NCBI GenBank assembly: GCA_040380025.1
Contig: JBEIJY010000001.1
Coordinates: 96,001 to 160,000 of the forward strand
Source of the DNA: Bdellovibrionales bacterium
Lineage (GTDB): Bacteria; Bdellovibrionota; UBA1018; CAIMNF01
DNA: 64,000 nt
Reading direction: 5' to 3'
Shown here: one piece after another, positions 41,040 through 51,369 of the stretch
Numbering within the stretch: the stretch's first letter is position 1
How the letters are laid out: each line of letters begins with the position of its first letter
Position numbers and translations under genes: made by a program
Notes under the pieces: model-generated
What the model saw: the letters and a program-made list of their open reading frames with translations, nothing else
Told to the model about the DNA's origin: nothing
The model's database searches: none

Positions 41040-43823
41040 GTGAAGACCGCTCGAATCATCACATGGATCGTTGCAGGCAAGGCCGCAATTCTGGGCGCAG
41101 GCCTGCTTTTTCTTCCGGGCCGGGTCGCAGGCGCCCCGGGCTTCGACGGCTCGATCGAGATCGAGACCCGTCCGACCCATTCGCGACTGATGGTCTCGCT
41201 CGATTCCTCATTCACGCCTGTTTTCCATGATTCCGAAAAGGGCTTCCGGATCGAAATCCCCGTGGCCACGCTGATGGACATCGGGGTTCCGTTCGGAGCG
41301 GAGGCGGCATTCAACCAACGGTTGAAGGAGCTTGCCGACGAGCGCCTGGCCGGCATCCGCGTGCGCGAGCTCGAGGGCCGGCTCGAGATCACGGGAGAGT
41401 ACCGGTTTCCGGAAGGGGAGCGCGCGTTCGCCTATCCGAAAATGGAGCATTTTGACTTCCGCAAGGATGGCCAGGGACGGTTTTTGATCGATTTCTTTTA
41501 CCGGAAAGGTCCCACCCGGATCGAGGTCGCGCGGGAGCAAAGAGCTCTCAAGATCCGTCAGGAACGCGAAAAGGCCGAACTCTTCCGAAAGAAAGAGGAA
41601 GAAAAGAAGGTGCTCCGCGAGAAGAGAATCGCCGACGGCCGGAACGCACTCCGATTCTGCGAGCAGCCTTTCAACCGCGAGACCACCGTATTCTTGAAGT
41701 TCCGTCCCGAGCATGAGGCGATTGACTTTCATGAGTATTTCTCGGCCAAGATCCCGGATCATCGCTTCGAGTACACCGAGCCGAAGGGAAAAGACGAGGA
41801 GGCGGGAATGGTGCGTCTCGCGCTGAAGCTCGCTCGCGAGAACCGTCATGCGCTCGCCATCCGCACGGTGGATTTCCTCGAAAAAGAGCATCCGAAATCG
41901 AAGCATCGCACCGAGATGCGGTTTTTGAAGGCGAGTGCGTACTTCCGGCTCGATCAGCCCGAGAAGGGGCGCGCGCTCCTGCGGGAGCTGGCGAAAAGTC
42001 CGGATGCCACCGAGGCGGGATTCCAGGCTGCCGGTTTTCTTGCGGCCGCCGACCTGTGGGAATCGCGTTGGCTCTCGGCATTCGACCTGCTGATGCGACA
42101 GAAGAAAATCCATCCCGATCACCCGCTGATCTGGCTCGTCCGGTACGGAATCGCCGAATCCCTGTATCAGATCCGCCAGGGGGATCAGGCGCGGGAAGAG
42201 CTCGAGTGGATCGCAAAAAACGCACCCAAGCCCGAGATTCGTGCTCGCGCGGCGTTTCAGATGGGGGATGTGTTCCTCGAGCGCGGGCAGTATGCGCAGG
42301 CAGTGACGGGCTATACCGAGGCCCTGAAGGGCCGCGAAGCGCTTTTGCCCTCGTACCCGGCGGTGCTCTTGAACCTGGCCGAGGCGTACTTCCAGCTGGA
42401 TGAGATGGATCGCGCACGGACCACCCTCCAGAAGTTCCTCGAGGTCGGGCCTTCCCACATCGGCGCCTGGCGGGCGAGCATCCGGCTTGCCGAGCTCTCG
42501 GCCATGACCGATGGCTTGAACGAAAAGACCGAGAAAGACTTCATGGAGACGATCAACCGGTATCCGCTGTCTCCGGGCTCCCTGGTGGCGCGAATCCGCC
42601 TGCTTCCGTGCGGTAGTCACGGCGGCTTTGATCTGCCTTCGGCCGACCGGCTCTTGTATTCGCCGGAAGTGCTGGATTTTCCGGCGGATGGCGCGATCCG
42701 CTCGAACCAGTTCCGGGAGCTGGTGGGGCTCACCGAGGTCAGGATGCTGATCTCCTTTGGCGAGCACCAGAAGGCGATCGACCGCGGACTTCTCAGGCTC
42801 CGTGCGAACCCCGGCATCGAGACCAGGAAGCTGATCGAGCAGGCCATGATCGGCGCGATCAAGATGATTCTCGAGAAAAAACTCGACGCCGCCGATCACT
42901 TCGGAGCGATCGCTTTTTACGAGAAATTCGGCGATTTTCTGCCACTTCCGGCCCATGATCCCCTCGTGGACGAGCTGAAGATGCGCCTCGCAACCGTGTC
43001 GGCGCAGAAAGGTCTCACCCGCTTCGCCCTGAAGCTGATCGAGCCCTACCGGATGATGAACGAGGCGAGCCGCAAAGAGGTGATTGCGGCGATCGAAAAG
43101 CATGTGACCCTCGAAGGACAAGATGACCAGGAAGAACGAAACCTGGTCGAGGCGAAAACCCTTTGGAATGGCGCGGACTTTAAAGTTGAGGAGCAGGGGC
43201 CATCTGACCAGCTGGTGGCCCGTCTCGGGGCAATCCGGGACGAATCGAAACAGGGCTTCGAGAAGAACCTGATTCTGGCTCTTTTTTATCGCGAGAAGAA
43301 GGAGTTTGGGAAGGCGCTCGAGCACGCCAAGCGCCTCGAAAAGGGCATCATTGCCTTAAAGCCGCGGGAAAAAGCGCAGATCCGGGCGTTTGCGGGCGAT
43401 GTGGCCGGCGAGGCGAAGGACGCGGACTTTGCGGCAAAATCCTGGCGTGAGGCGCGAATCGCACTTGCGCAGGCAACCGCAGAGGACCGGGGCGAGCTTC
43501 CGTTCCGTCGTCTTGGTCCGGTGCCGACCATGGCATTTCTCGTGCAAAGCGAGGGAGAAGCGCTGGAAAAGGGGCAAAAATGGAAAGAAGCCGTTGCTCT
43601 TTACTCGGAAGCCGTGGACAATAAAATTGGAGGGAATCTCCTGCTTTACTCGCATGCAAAAGCGGTTTTGCGGGCCGGCGGGAAGGATTCCAAAGCGGTG
43701 GCCGCCGCTTCTCTCAAAAAAATCGAACAGAGTCAGGAAGACGATGTTTGGAAGCGGCTGGCAAGGGAAACCTTGAATGAAATTGCCAAGGAGGGCGATG
43801 TCGATGGTCAGCGGAATCCGTGA
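41040..43823 (+). CDS. Large exported tetratricopeptide-repeat protein
   Basis: Signal-like N terminus from GTG 41040 (ORF open from 40923); multiple TPR-like helices (AESLYQ, MGDVFLERGQY, LAEAYFQL). Confidence 0.8.
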   Translation: MKTARIITWIVAGKAAILGAGLLFLPGRVAGAPGFDGSIEIETRPTHSRLMVSLDSSFTPVFHDSEKGFRIEIPVATLMDIGVPFGAEAAFNQRLKELADERLAGIRVRELEGRLEITGEYRFPEGERAFAYPKMEHFDFRKDGQGRFLIDFFYRKGPTRIEVAREQRALKIRQEREKAELFRKKEEEKKVLREKRIADGRNALRFCEQPFNRETTVFLKFRPEHEAIDFHEYFSAKIPDHRFEYTEPKGKDEEAGMVRLALKLARENRHALAIRTVDFLEKEHPKSKHRTEMRFLKASAYFRLDQPEKGRALLRELAKSPDATEAGFQAAGFLAAADLWESRWLSAFDLLMRQKKIHPDHPLIWLVRYGIAESLYQIRQGDQAREELEWIAKNAPKPEIRARAAFQMGDVFLERGQYAQAVTGYTEALKGREALLPSYPAVLLNLAEAYFQLDEMDRARTTLQKFLEVGPSHIGAWRASIRLAELSAMTDGLNEKTEKDFMETINRYPLSPGSLVARIRLLPCGSHGGFDLPSADRLLYSPEVLDFPADGAIRSNQFRELVGLTEVRMLISFGEHQKAIDRGLLRLRANPGIETRKLIEQAMIGAIKMILEKKLDAADHFGAIAFYEKFGDFLPLPAHDPLVDELKMRLATVSAQKGLTRFALKLIEPYRMMNEASRKEVIAAIEKHVTLEGQDDQEERNLVEAKTLWNGADFKVEEQGPSDQLVARLGAIRDESKQGFEKNLILALFYREKKEFGKALEHAKRLEKGIIALKPREKAQIRAFAGDVAGEAKDADFAAKSWREARIALAQATAEDRGELPFRRLGPVPTMAFLVQSEGEALEKGQKWKEAVALYSEAVDNKIGGNLLLYSHAKAVLRAGGKDSKAVAAASLKKIEQSQEDDVWKRLARETLNEIAKEGDVDGQRNP

Positions 43824-44745
43824 ACACAACGAGACAGGCAATCAGCACAACGAAACCGGAATGCCGGTGCATCCCGCGCGGGCCGGCAGTGTGGATCGTC
43901 AGTACAACGAACTCCTTTCGCTCGCCGCAACCGTTGCGAAGAGCAAAGCGGGCGTCCTGATCACCGGCGAGACCGGCACCGGAAAACGCTCGCTCGCCCG
44001 ATATATTCACGAAAACAGTTCCCGCTCCTCGAAATCCTTCTTGCTATTGAATTGCCGCGAGACTGCACCCGGAGACCAGGACCGGATGCTCGAAAGCCAT
44101 CTGATGCAGGCGCGGGGATCGACCCTGATTCTTGCCGAGGTCTGGAAGCTCGTCGCCGCTGCGCAGACCCGTTTGATTTCTTGTCTTCGGAGCGGCGAGG
44201 ACATCCGGATCATCGCGACCAGCTCCCGTCCCCTGGCCGGAGCCGTGCGGAGCGGCGACCTGAAGGAAGAGCTGTATCATCGCCTGAATGTGGTGAATCT
44301 GAGAGTGCCGAGCCTGCATGAGCGGATCGGGGACATCGAGGTTCTGGCGCGCTCGATGATCGCATCGTTCGGGGCGTCGCAGGGACGTCCGGGACTCATT
44401 TTGAGCGAAGAGGCCGTGTTGCTTTTGAATTCCCACCGGTTTCCGGGGAATCTGCGCGAGCTCCAGTCAGTCTGCGAAAGGGCCGTGCTCGTCGCACAAG
44501 GATCCGAAGTCCGCGCGCGCGACATCCAGTTCCAGCAGGGCGAGGCCGCATCAGTCCGCGCCGATTCGGGAGCGCCGGTCTGGCGTCCGGGCAGGACCTT
44601 GGACGAGATCGAGCGCAATGTGATTCTCGAGGCACTCAAGCATTACTCGGGGAATCGCACCCATACGGCAAAAGCCCTTGGCATCTCGATCCGGACGCTC
44701 CGGAACAAGCTTGCCGAGTTCCGGGTGATGGGAATCAAGGCGTGA
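43777..44745 (+). CDS. Sigma54-activator-like AAA+/Fis-HTH regulator lacking GAFTGA
   Basis: ITGETGTGK, RIIATS, LYHRLNV, FPGNLREL, GNRTHTAKALGISIRTLRNKL; no ESELFG..GAFTGA. Confidence 0.85.
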   Translation: MKLPRRAMSMVSGIREHNETGNQHNETGMPVHPARAGSVDRQYNELLSLAATVAKSKAGVLITGETGTGKRSLARYIHENSSRSSKSFLLLNCRETAPGDQDRMLESHLMQARGSTLILAEVWKLVAAAQTRLISCLRSGEDIRIIATSSRPLAGAVRSGDLKEELYHRLNVVNLRVPSLHERIGDIEVLARSMIASFGASQGRPGLILSEEAVLLLNSHRFPGNLRELQSVCERAVLVAQGSEVRARDIQFQQGEAASVRADSGAPVWRPGRTLDEIERNVILEALKHYSGNRTHTAKALGISIRTLRNKLAEFRVMGIKA

Positions 44746-44749
44746 GGGG

Positions 44750-45169
44750 ATGTCGATGAAGGGAATGTTCGATCCGACGATCAGTGCGTTGAGACAGAAT
44801 CTGAATCTCAGGCTCGAGAATCAGAATGTGATCTCGGCGAACATCGCCAATGCCGACACTCCCGGCTACAAGGCGCGGACGGCGAACTTCGAACATGCCC
44901 TGCGCGATGCAATGGATACGGGAGCCGACATCAAGCTCGACACGGGACACGTCGGGCACCTCGGATCGCCGGGAATCGAGGACGTGAAGGCCGATGTGTA
45001 CGACGATCCGAATGGGGTGGAGTCGCTCGATGGCAACACCGTCGATCGTGCCGCCGAGATGGCGAAAATGAAAGAGAATGAGATTCTATACAACGCCTCG
45101 ATCGAGTCGTTGCGGAAGAAACTCGGGATGCTCGAGTACGGGATTTCGGAAGGCGGAGGTAACAAATAA
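44750..45169 (+). CDS. flgB: Flagellar basal-body rod protein FlgB
   Basis: ISANIANADTPGYKA, DGNTVD. Confidence 0.95.
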   Translation: MSMKGMFDPTISALRQNLNLRLENQNVISANIANADTPGYKARTANFEHALRDAMDTGADIKLDTGHVGHLGSPGIEDVKADVYDDPNGVESLDGNTVDRAAEMAKMKENEILYNASIESLRKKLGMLEYGISEGGGNK

Positions 45170-45591
45170 TGGCTGATTTTTTCTCGTCCATGAGGGTGAG
45201 CGCATCGGGGCTCGATGCCCAGATGAAGCGGATGAACACGATCTCTTCGAACATCGCGAATGCCGAAACCACCGGATACCGGAGGAAGGACGCAGAGTTC
45301 ACCGCCACCCCGGACCGCGAGAGCTTCGGCGAGATCCTCCAGAACAAGGTGGATGAGTCGGTCCAGGGGGTCATGGTGACCGATGTGCGCGAGGATGAAA
45401 AGCCCCAGCGTTTGGTCTACAAGCCCGATGATCCCCGCGCCAATGCGGACGGATACATCGAGATGCCGAATGTGAATCCGGTGAAGGAGATGGCCGACAT
45501 GATCAGCGCCCAGCGTTCGTACGAGGCGAACATCACCGCGATCGGCGCCGCCACCCAGATGGCGAACAAGGCACTGGAGCTCGGTAGATGA
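45169..45591 (+). CDS. flgC: Flagellar basal-body rod protein FlgC
   Basis: SASGL.AQ..RMN.ISSNIANA, GY.EMPNVN, A.RSYEAN. Confidence 0.95.
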   Translation: MADFFSSMRVSASGLDAQMKRMNTISSNIANAETTGYRRKDAEFTATPDRESFGEILQNKVDESVQGVMVTDVREDEKPQRLVYKPDDPRANADGYIEMPNVNPVKEMADMISAQRSYEANITAIGAATQMANKALELGR

Positions 45592-45926
45592 ATTCGGTTT
45601 CAGGTTCCGTGAAGCAGTTTGATCCCGATCTGGGCCTGCTCCAAGCCGAGCGCCTGTCGACAGGCAACGCTCCCGAGGCGGGCAAGGCCGGGAATACCAT
45701 GCCCGGCGGAGGCTTCCTCGATGCCCTGAGCAAGTCGATGGAAGAGGTGAACGAAGAGCAACTGAAGGCCGATCAAGGCATCAAGGAGCTCGTGGCGGGG
45801 AAGAGCAAGAATATCCACGAAACCATGCTCCAGATCCAGAAGGCCGAGCTTTCGTTGAAGGCCATGATGCAGGTCCGGAACAAGGTTCTCGAAGCCTACA
45901 AGGAAATCATGAGGATGCAGGTGTAG
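45588..45926 (+). CDS. fliE: Flagellar hook-basal body protein FliE
   Basis: IHETML..QKAELSL....QVRNKVLEAYKEIMRMQV. Confidence 0.95.
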   Translation: MNSVSGSVKQFDPDLGLLQAERLSTGNAPEAGKAGNTMPGGGFLDALSKSMEEVNEEQLKADQGIKELVAGKSKNIHETMLQIQKAELSLKAMMQVRNKVLEAYKEIMRMQV

Positions 45927-45927
45927 T

Positions 45928-47616
45928 ATGGAATTTTTGAATCGGGTTTCAGCGCAGATCAAGGACTTCGTGAGCGGGCTCTCGGCCTCGCGAAAGATGG
46001 CCCTCGCCGTGACGGGGACGGGAATTCTCGCCATTCTCGGAGGATTGTTCCTTTGGGCCTCGAAACAGGGGTATCAGCCGATCACCTACGGAACCCTGAA
46101 CGCCGAGGACTCCGCGAATGTGATGCGGCTCCTTCGCGAAAAAAAGGTTCCGTTCCAGGTGGATCCCGCCGGCAAGCAGATCATGGTTCCGCCCGAGTAC
46201 CTGAACGACCTTCGACTCGAACTCGCCATGCAGGGCATGCCCCAGAGCTCGGGAGTGGGGTATGAGCTGTTCGACAAGCAAGCCTTCGGCACAACGAGCT
46301 TTTTGAACAAGGTGAACCAGAAGCGCGCGCTCGAGGGCGAGCTCATGCGTTCGATCAATACGATCAAGGGCGTGAAGCGCTCCCGCGTGCACCTTGCCGT
46401 GCCCGACAAGACCGCCTTCGTCGAGGACCAGAAGAAGCCCACGGCATCGGTGGTGCTCGATCTCGAAGGCGGCACCCTGCTGAGCGAGAAGCAGGTGTAC
46501 GGCGTCACCCATCTGGTGGCGAGCGCGGTCGAGGGGATGGATCCAGGGAATGTGGTGATTCTGGACTCGATGGGGAAGACCCTCTCGAAAAACAACCAGG
46601 ATTCGGTCATCGGGCTGACCAGCGAGCAGACCGACTTCAAACGGAAGCTCGAAGAGGATTATCAGCGCAGGGTCGAGGAGATTCTGAGCAAGGTCGTCGG
46701 AGAAGGCCATGTGAAGGTCGCCGTGACCGCCGATCTCGACTTCTCGAACGTGTCGGAACAGCAAACCATCCTCGATCAGGACGGCGCCACGATTCGATCT
46801 CAGCAAAAAACGAACGAGAGCATGGAAGGGTCCCGCCCCGTGGCATCGGGAGCGCCCGGAGCCGCCTCGAACACGCCGGGCGAGCAACCCAATGTGGTCC
46901 AGCAGAATTCCGCAAAGAACAACACCCAGAAAACCAACGAGATCGTGAACTACGACATTCCGAAAATCGTCCGCACCACCCAAAAGCCCGTGGGGTCGGT
47001 GAAGAAGCTCTCGGTGGCGGTGCTGGTCGACAGCAAGCAGGTCAAAACCACGGGAGCCGACGGGAAGGTTGAGACCAAACCCGAGGCCTGGAGCGCCGAC
47101 AAGATGAAAGAATTCGAGGCGCTCGTCTCGGGAGCGCTCGCGCTCGACAAAAAGCGGGGCGACACGCTGGAGTTCAAGAACATCGACTTCGTCCCGGAGG
47201 ATTTCGAGGAGGCGCAGCGGATTCTCGATGCCGCCGCCACCCGGAGTTATATCCAGAGCATGATCTCCTACGGGGTGATCGGGCTCGTGGTCCTCTTGTT
47301 CTTCTTTCTCGTCGTCCGGCCGTACATCCGCTGGGTGACCGAGAACACCACCGACAGCGTCGAGACCTTCCTCCCGCAGACCATCGAGGAGCTCGAGAAA
47401 ATCCAAAAAAGCAGCTCGCTCTCGCAACTGGATGAGGTGGTTCCGGATCTGCCCGACCGGCTCGATCCCGAGAAGGTCGAGGGCGAGATGATCCGCGAGA
47501 AGATCGTGACCCTTGTGGACAACAATCCCCAGAAAGGGGCCCTGATTTTGAAGGAATGGATCGCCCAGAAGAAAGCCGTGAAGGAAGACAAGCCGGCCAA
47601 GGGCGCAAGCGCGTAA
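45928..47616 (+). CDS. fliF: Flagellar M-ring protein FliF
   Basis: GYELFD, RALEGEL.RSI, RVHLAVP, PTASV, KLSVAVLVD, two TM segments. Confidence 0.95.
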   Translation: MEFLNRVSAQIKDFVSGLSASRKMALAVTGTGILAILGGLFLWASKQGYQPITYGTLNAEDSANVMRLLREKKVPFQVDPAGKQIMVPPEYLNDLRLELAMQGMPQSSGVGYELFDKQAFGTTSFLNKVNQKRALEGELMRSINTIKGVKRSRVHLAVPDKTAFVEDQKKPTASVVLDLEGGTLLSEKQVYGVTHLVASAVEGMDPGNVVILDSMGKTLSKNNQDSVIGLTSEQTDFKRKLEEDYQRRVEEILSKVVGEGHVKVAVTADLDFSNVSEQQTILDQDGATIRSQQKTNESMEGSRPVASGAPGAASNTPGEQPNVVQQNSAKNNTQKTNEIVNYDIPKIVRTTQKPVGSVKKLSVAVLVDSKQVKTTGADGKVETKPEAWSADKMKEFEALVSGALALDKKRGDTLEFKNIDFVPEDFEEAQRILDAAATRSYIQSMISYGVIGLVVLLFFFLVVRPYIRWVTENTTDSVETFLPQTIEELEKIQKSSSLSQLDEVVPDLPDRLDPEKVEGEMIREKIVTLVDNNPQKGALILKEWIAQKKAVKEDKPAKGASA

Positions 47617-47637
47617 ACCATCCGGGAGAAGACAGAG

Positions 47638-48654
47638 ATGATCGAAGCGGAATCGTATGAGAATCTGACAGGCCTCGACAAATCGGCGATTCTTTTGAAC
47701 GTGCTCGGAAACCGCGTGACGGCCGAGATCTTCAAGCATCTGCGCGACAATGACGTCAAGCGCCTCGTGACCGCGATGGGGCAGGTGAGCAAGGTGCCGA
47801 TCCCGGTCGTGAAGCAGGTTCTTGATGATTTCTATGCCGAGATCTCAGAAGAAGAACAGCTTATTTTCGGCCACGCCTCGGGCAAGGACTTCATTCTTGA
47901 GACCCTGGGAGAGGAGCGTGCGAAGACCGTGCTTGGCCAGCTCGCCGTAGTCGAGGGAAGCCGATCGCTCGAGGCGCTCGAGCTGGTCGATCCGCGCACC
48001 CTTGCGAACTTCCTCGTGAACGAACATCCGCAGACCACTGCGGTGGTTCTTGCCCATTTGAGCCCGGACAAAAAATGCGAGGTGCTCCGGAAGCTCCCCG
48101 AAACGATCCAGACCGAGGTCGTGCTCCGGATTGCGAACCTCGATTTCATCTCGCCGTCGCTCCTCTCGCAAGTCGACGAGATCCTGAAGCAGGAACTCGC
48201 GACGCTCGGCTCGATCGACACCCAACAGTTGGGCGGGGTCTCGCCGATCGCCGAGATGCTCAACGTCATGGACAAGGGCACCGAGCAGGGGATCATGGCC
48301 AAGGTCGAGGAGCGGGATCCGCAACTCGCCGAGGAAATCCGCCGCCTGATGTTCGTGTTCGAGGACATCATCTTCATCGACGACCGCGGAATGCAGACGC
48401 TCCTGAAGGAAGTCCCGAACGACAAGCTCACGATCGCCATGAAGACCGCGCCCGAGGAGATCAAAGAGAAAATCTTCCGGAACATCTCGAAGCGCGCCGC
48501 CGACCTGCTTCGCGAGGACCTGCAGGCCATGCCGCCCGTGCGGCTCTCGGACGTCGAGACGGCCCAGCAGGAGATTGTGAACGTCGCCAAGCGGCTTGAG
48601 GCCGAAGGCAAGGTCATCATCAGTCGCGGTGGCGGAGAGGATGCACTCGTCTGA
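47638..48654 (+). CDS. fliG: Flagellar motor switch protein FliG
   Basis: EHPQT, GG linker, MFVFED, PVRLSDVE.AQ. Confidence 0.96.
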   Translation: MIEAESYENLTGLDKSAILLNVLGNRVTAEIFKHLRDNDVKRLVTAMGQVSKVPIPVVKQVLDDFYAEISEEEQLIFGHASGKDFILETLGEERAKTVLGQLAVVEGSRSLEALELVDPRTLANFLVNEHPQTTAVVLAHLSPDKKCEVLRKLPETIQTEVVLRIANLDFISPSLLSQVDEILKQELATLGSIDTQQLGGVSPIAEMLNVMDKGTEQGIMAKVEERDPQLAEEIRRLMFVFEDIIFIDDRGMQTLLKEVPNDKLTIAMKTAPEEIKEKIFRNISKRAADLLREDLQAMPPVRLSDVETAQQEIVNVAKRLEAEGKVIISRGGGEDALV

Positions 48655-49418
48655 TGAGCGGATTCAGAAGGCCCGACGGGCAGGAGAAGGGTGTCGAGAT
48701 CAAAGCGTTCCAGCCACGAAAACTCGGCGGCGACGGAGTACGTGAGTATTCGGAGGTGAAGAAAGCCTTCGGAAGCCTTTCTTCGATCGATCCGGGCGGG
48801 AATCCCGACTTCAATCTCGATCCGGCCTCGAAGAAGTTCCTGGGCGTCGAGCGCCAGGAAAAAAATCACGTCGAGAATCTGGTCCAGTCCGAGGTGGCCG
48901 AGCGGATCGCCCGCCTGAAGGAAGGTGCCTATCAGGAGGGCTTCGAGGCGGGCCGGAAGGCAGGATTCGAGAGCGCCGAGACGGAACACCGCGAGGCGGT
49001 GAAGCCTCTTCAGGAGCAGTTTGTCACACTCCTCGGCGAATTCGACCAGATGAAGAAGGATTTGTATCTCGCGAACGAGGCCTTTTTGGTCCAGCTGATC
49101 TTCCAGGTTGGTCGTCAGGTTTTGTTGAAAGAGCTTTCGAGCGATCCGGAATATGTGAAGCGCCTTTGTGCCCATGTGGTCGAAAAAATGGGAGCGAAGG
49201 ATCATGTCCGGATCAAAGTGAGCCGGAAGGATGCCGAGAATATCGAGGCGATCAAGGAGTTCCTGAAGGCCCAGATTCCGGACCTGAAGAATGTCCAGAT
49301 CGAGGGTTCGGATGAGCTGCCGCTCGGAGGATGCAAGGTCGAGACCGACCTGAGCCGGATCAACGCGAGCATCGAAACCCAGCTCGGATCGATCGAAAAA
49401 GCATTGGGCGAAGCATGA
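48654..49418 (+). CDS. fliH: Flagellar assembly protein FliH
   Basis: AYQEGFEAGRKAG GxxxG repeats; GGCKVET; lies between fliG and fliI. Confidence 0.9.
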   Translation: MSGFRRPDGQEKGVEIKAFQPRKLGGDGVREYSEVKKAFGSLSSIDPGGNPDFNLDPASKKFLGVERQEKNHVENLVQSEVAERIARLKEGAYQEGFEAGRKAGFESAETEHREAVKPLQEQFVTLLGEFDQMKKDLYLANEAFLVQLIFQVGRQVLLKELSSDPEYVKRLCAHVVEKMGAKDHVRIKVSRKDAENIEAIKEFLKAQIPDLKNVQIEGSDELPLGGCKVETDLSRINASIETQLGSIEKALGEA

Positions 49419-50788
49419 GCCACACCATTCACGGCAAACGGTACGAAGAACGCGTCTCGCAGGCCATGATGTACGATGAGGCGGGAAAAATCACCCGGAC
49501 CCAGGGCCTGATTTACGAGGCGTACCTTCCGGGGGCGGGAATCGGAAGCATTTGTGATGTGATTCTGAACGAAGCGGATGTCTCGGCTGTTCCGGTCGAG
49601 GCCGAGATTGTCGGGTTCAAGGACAAGCGCGTCTTCCTGATGCCCTATGAGGATGTGGCAGGAATCAACAATGACAGCATCGTGCGCCTGAAACAAAAAA
49701 ACTCCTCGGTGCCGGTATCGCTTTCGCTCTTGGGGCGCGTGCTGGACGGTCGCGGTGCGCCCATCGACGGAAAAGGCCCCTTGTTTTCTCCGGATGTCGA
49801 AACCGCATACCGCTCCCTCTACCGGAAACCCACCGATCCGCTCGCGCGCGCCATGATCGAAGAGCCGCTCGATCTCGGAGTTCGTGCGATCAACGGGCTG
49901 TTGACCTGCGGAAAAGGCCAGAGAATGGGAATCATGGCGGGATCGGGTGTGGGAAAATCCGTGCTCCTCGGCATGATGGCCCGAAACACCAAGGCGGATG
50001 TGAATGTGATCGCGCTGATCGGGGAGCGGGGACGCGAGGTCCGCGAGTTCATCGAGCGCGATCTCGGTCCCGATGGACTCCGTCGTTCGATTGTGATTGT
50101 CGCCACCTCGGACAGCTCCGCGCTCATTCGCACGAGGGCTTCGTTCCTTGCCGCCACGATCGCCGAATATTTTCGTGACCTCGGCAATGATGTTCTTTTG
50201 ATGATGGATTCGGTGACCCGCTTCTCGATGGCCCAACGCGAGATCGGTCTTTCTCTTGGTGAACCGCCCGCATCGAAGGGGTATACTCCGAGCGTGTTCG
50301 CCCAGCTTCCGCGGCTTCTTGAGCGGGCGGGCATGGGTGCGAACGGAAAAAGCATCACCGGTTTGTATACAGTTCTGGTCGACGGTGACGACATGGATGA
50401 GCCGATCGCCGATGCCGTGCGCTCGATCCTGGACGGACACATCGTGCTCTCGCGCAAACTCGCCCAGCAGAATCATTTTCCGGCCATTGACATCCTGGCT
50501 TCGGCCTCGCGGGTGATGCCCGCCGTGACCGATGAGGACCACAAGAGCTGGGCCGGACGGGTGAAAGAGTGGATGGCGGTCTACAAACAGGCCGAGGACA
50601 TCATCAATATCGGCGCCTATGCGAAGGGCGCGAACGCAAGGATCGACCAGGCGATTGCGGTCCATGACCGGATCCAGGGGTTCCTCCGGCAGAGGGTCGG
50701 CGAGGCCGCGGACTTCGGGGAGTGTCTCGGACTTTTGCATGGCATCGTGCGCGCGGGCGAGGCCCAGGCGCAGGACCCGCGGCGGTAG
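49415..50788 (+). CDS. fliI: Flagellar export ATPase FliI
   Basis: AGSGVGKS, IGERGREV, MDSVTRF, GEPP..KGY.PS; likely start ATG 49415 overlapping the fliH stop. Confidence 0.96.
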   Translation: MSHTIHGKRYEERVSQAMMYDEAGKITRTQGLIYEAYLPGAGIGSICDVILNEADVSAVPVEAEIVGFKDKRVFLMPYEDVAGINNDSIVRLKQKNSSVPVSLSLLGRVLDGRGAPIDGKGPLFSPDVETAYRSLYRKPTDPLARAMIEEPLDLGVRAINGLLTCGKGQRMGIMAGSGVGKSVLLGMMARNTKADVNVIALIGERGREVREFIERDLGPDGLRRSIVIVATSDSSALIRTRASFLAATIAEYFRDLGNDVLLMMDSVTRFSMAQREIGLSLGEPPASKGYTPSVFAQLPRLLERAGMGANGKSITGLYTVLVDGDDMDEPIADAVRSILDGHIVLSRKLAQQNHFPAIDILASASRVMPAVTDEDHKSWAGRVKEWMAVYKQAEDIINIGAYAKGANARIDQAIAVHDRIQGFLRQRVGEAADFGECLGLLHGIVRAGEAQAQDPRR

Positions 50789-50889
50789 GGTTCTCGAAGA
50801 GCCCGGCAGATCCTGCCCATCGGAATCCGAAACCAACTGGGCATTCTTTTCAGTCTTTTTATTTAACCGCAACTATATAAAAATTGAAA

Positions 50890-51369
50890 ATGAGCATGGC
50901 GAAATTCAAGTTTCAGCTGGAGTCGGTCGAGAAGTTCAGGATCCGGAAAGAGCAGGAGATGCTCGAGGGGCTCTCGGCCGCCCAGCGCGATTATCTCGCA
51001 AAAATCGCGGCAAAACGCGATCTTCTTTCGAAGAAGCAGGCGGCATTCGAGCAAAAGAACGAGCTCGCCTCGCGCGATGCGAGCATCAACGAGATCCGCC
51101 TCTCCGAGGATCACATCACCGGCCTGAGGCACAACATCGAGCGGGCCGACCGCGCGATCATCCGTTCGCGGAGGTTCCTCGACCAGGCGATGCGGGCCTA
51201 CATCCGCGCCCGCAAGGAGCGCATGATGATCGATCGCCTTAAGGAGAAGGCGCTCGAGGAATTCAAGATCGCGCAGTCACGCCTCGAGCAGAAGAATCTC
51301 GATGATCTGATTTCGATGCGCGCCCGCTTGAATCACGGGCCGATCGACGGGGAGGAGGAGATCGCATGA
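50890..51369 (+). CDS. fliJ: Flagellar export protein FliJ
   Basis: FKFQLESV..R...E, coiled coil, EQKNLDD; follows fliI. Confidence 0.88.
   Translation: MSMAKFKFQLESVEKFRIRKEQEMLEGLSAAQRDYLAKIAAKRDLLSKKQAAFEQKNELASRDASINEIRLSEDHITGLRHNIERADRAIIRSRRFLDQAMRAYIRARKERMMIDRLKEKALEEFKIAQSRLEQKNLDDLISMRARLNHGPIDGEEEIA

Noticed and set aside
50814..50880. Terminator plus internal promoter between fliI and fliJ
   Set aside because: Weak 6-bp stem and poor promoter spacing; not supportable from sequence alone.
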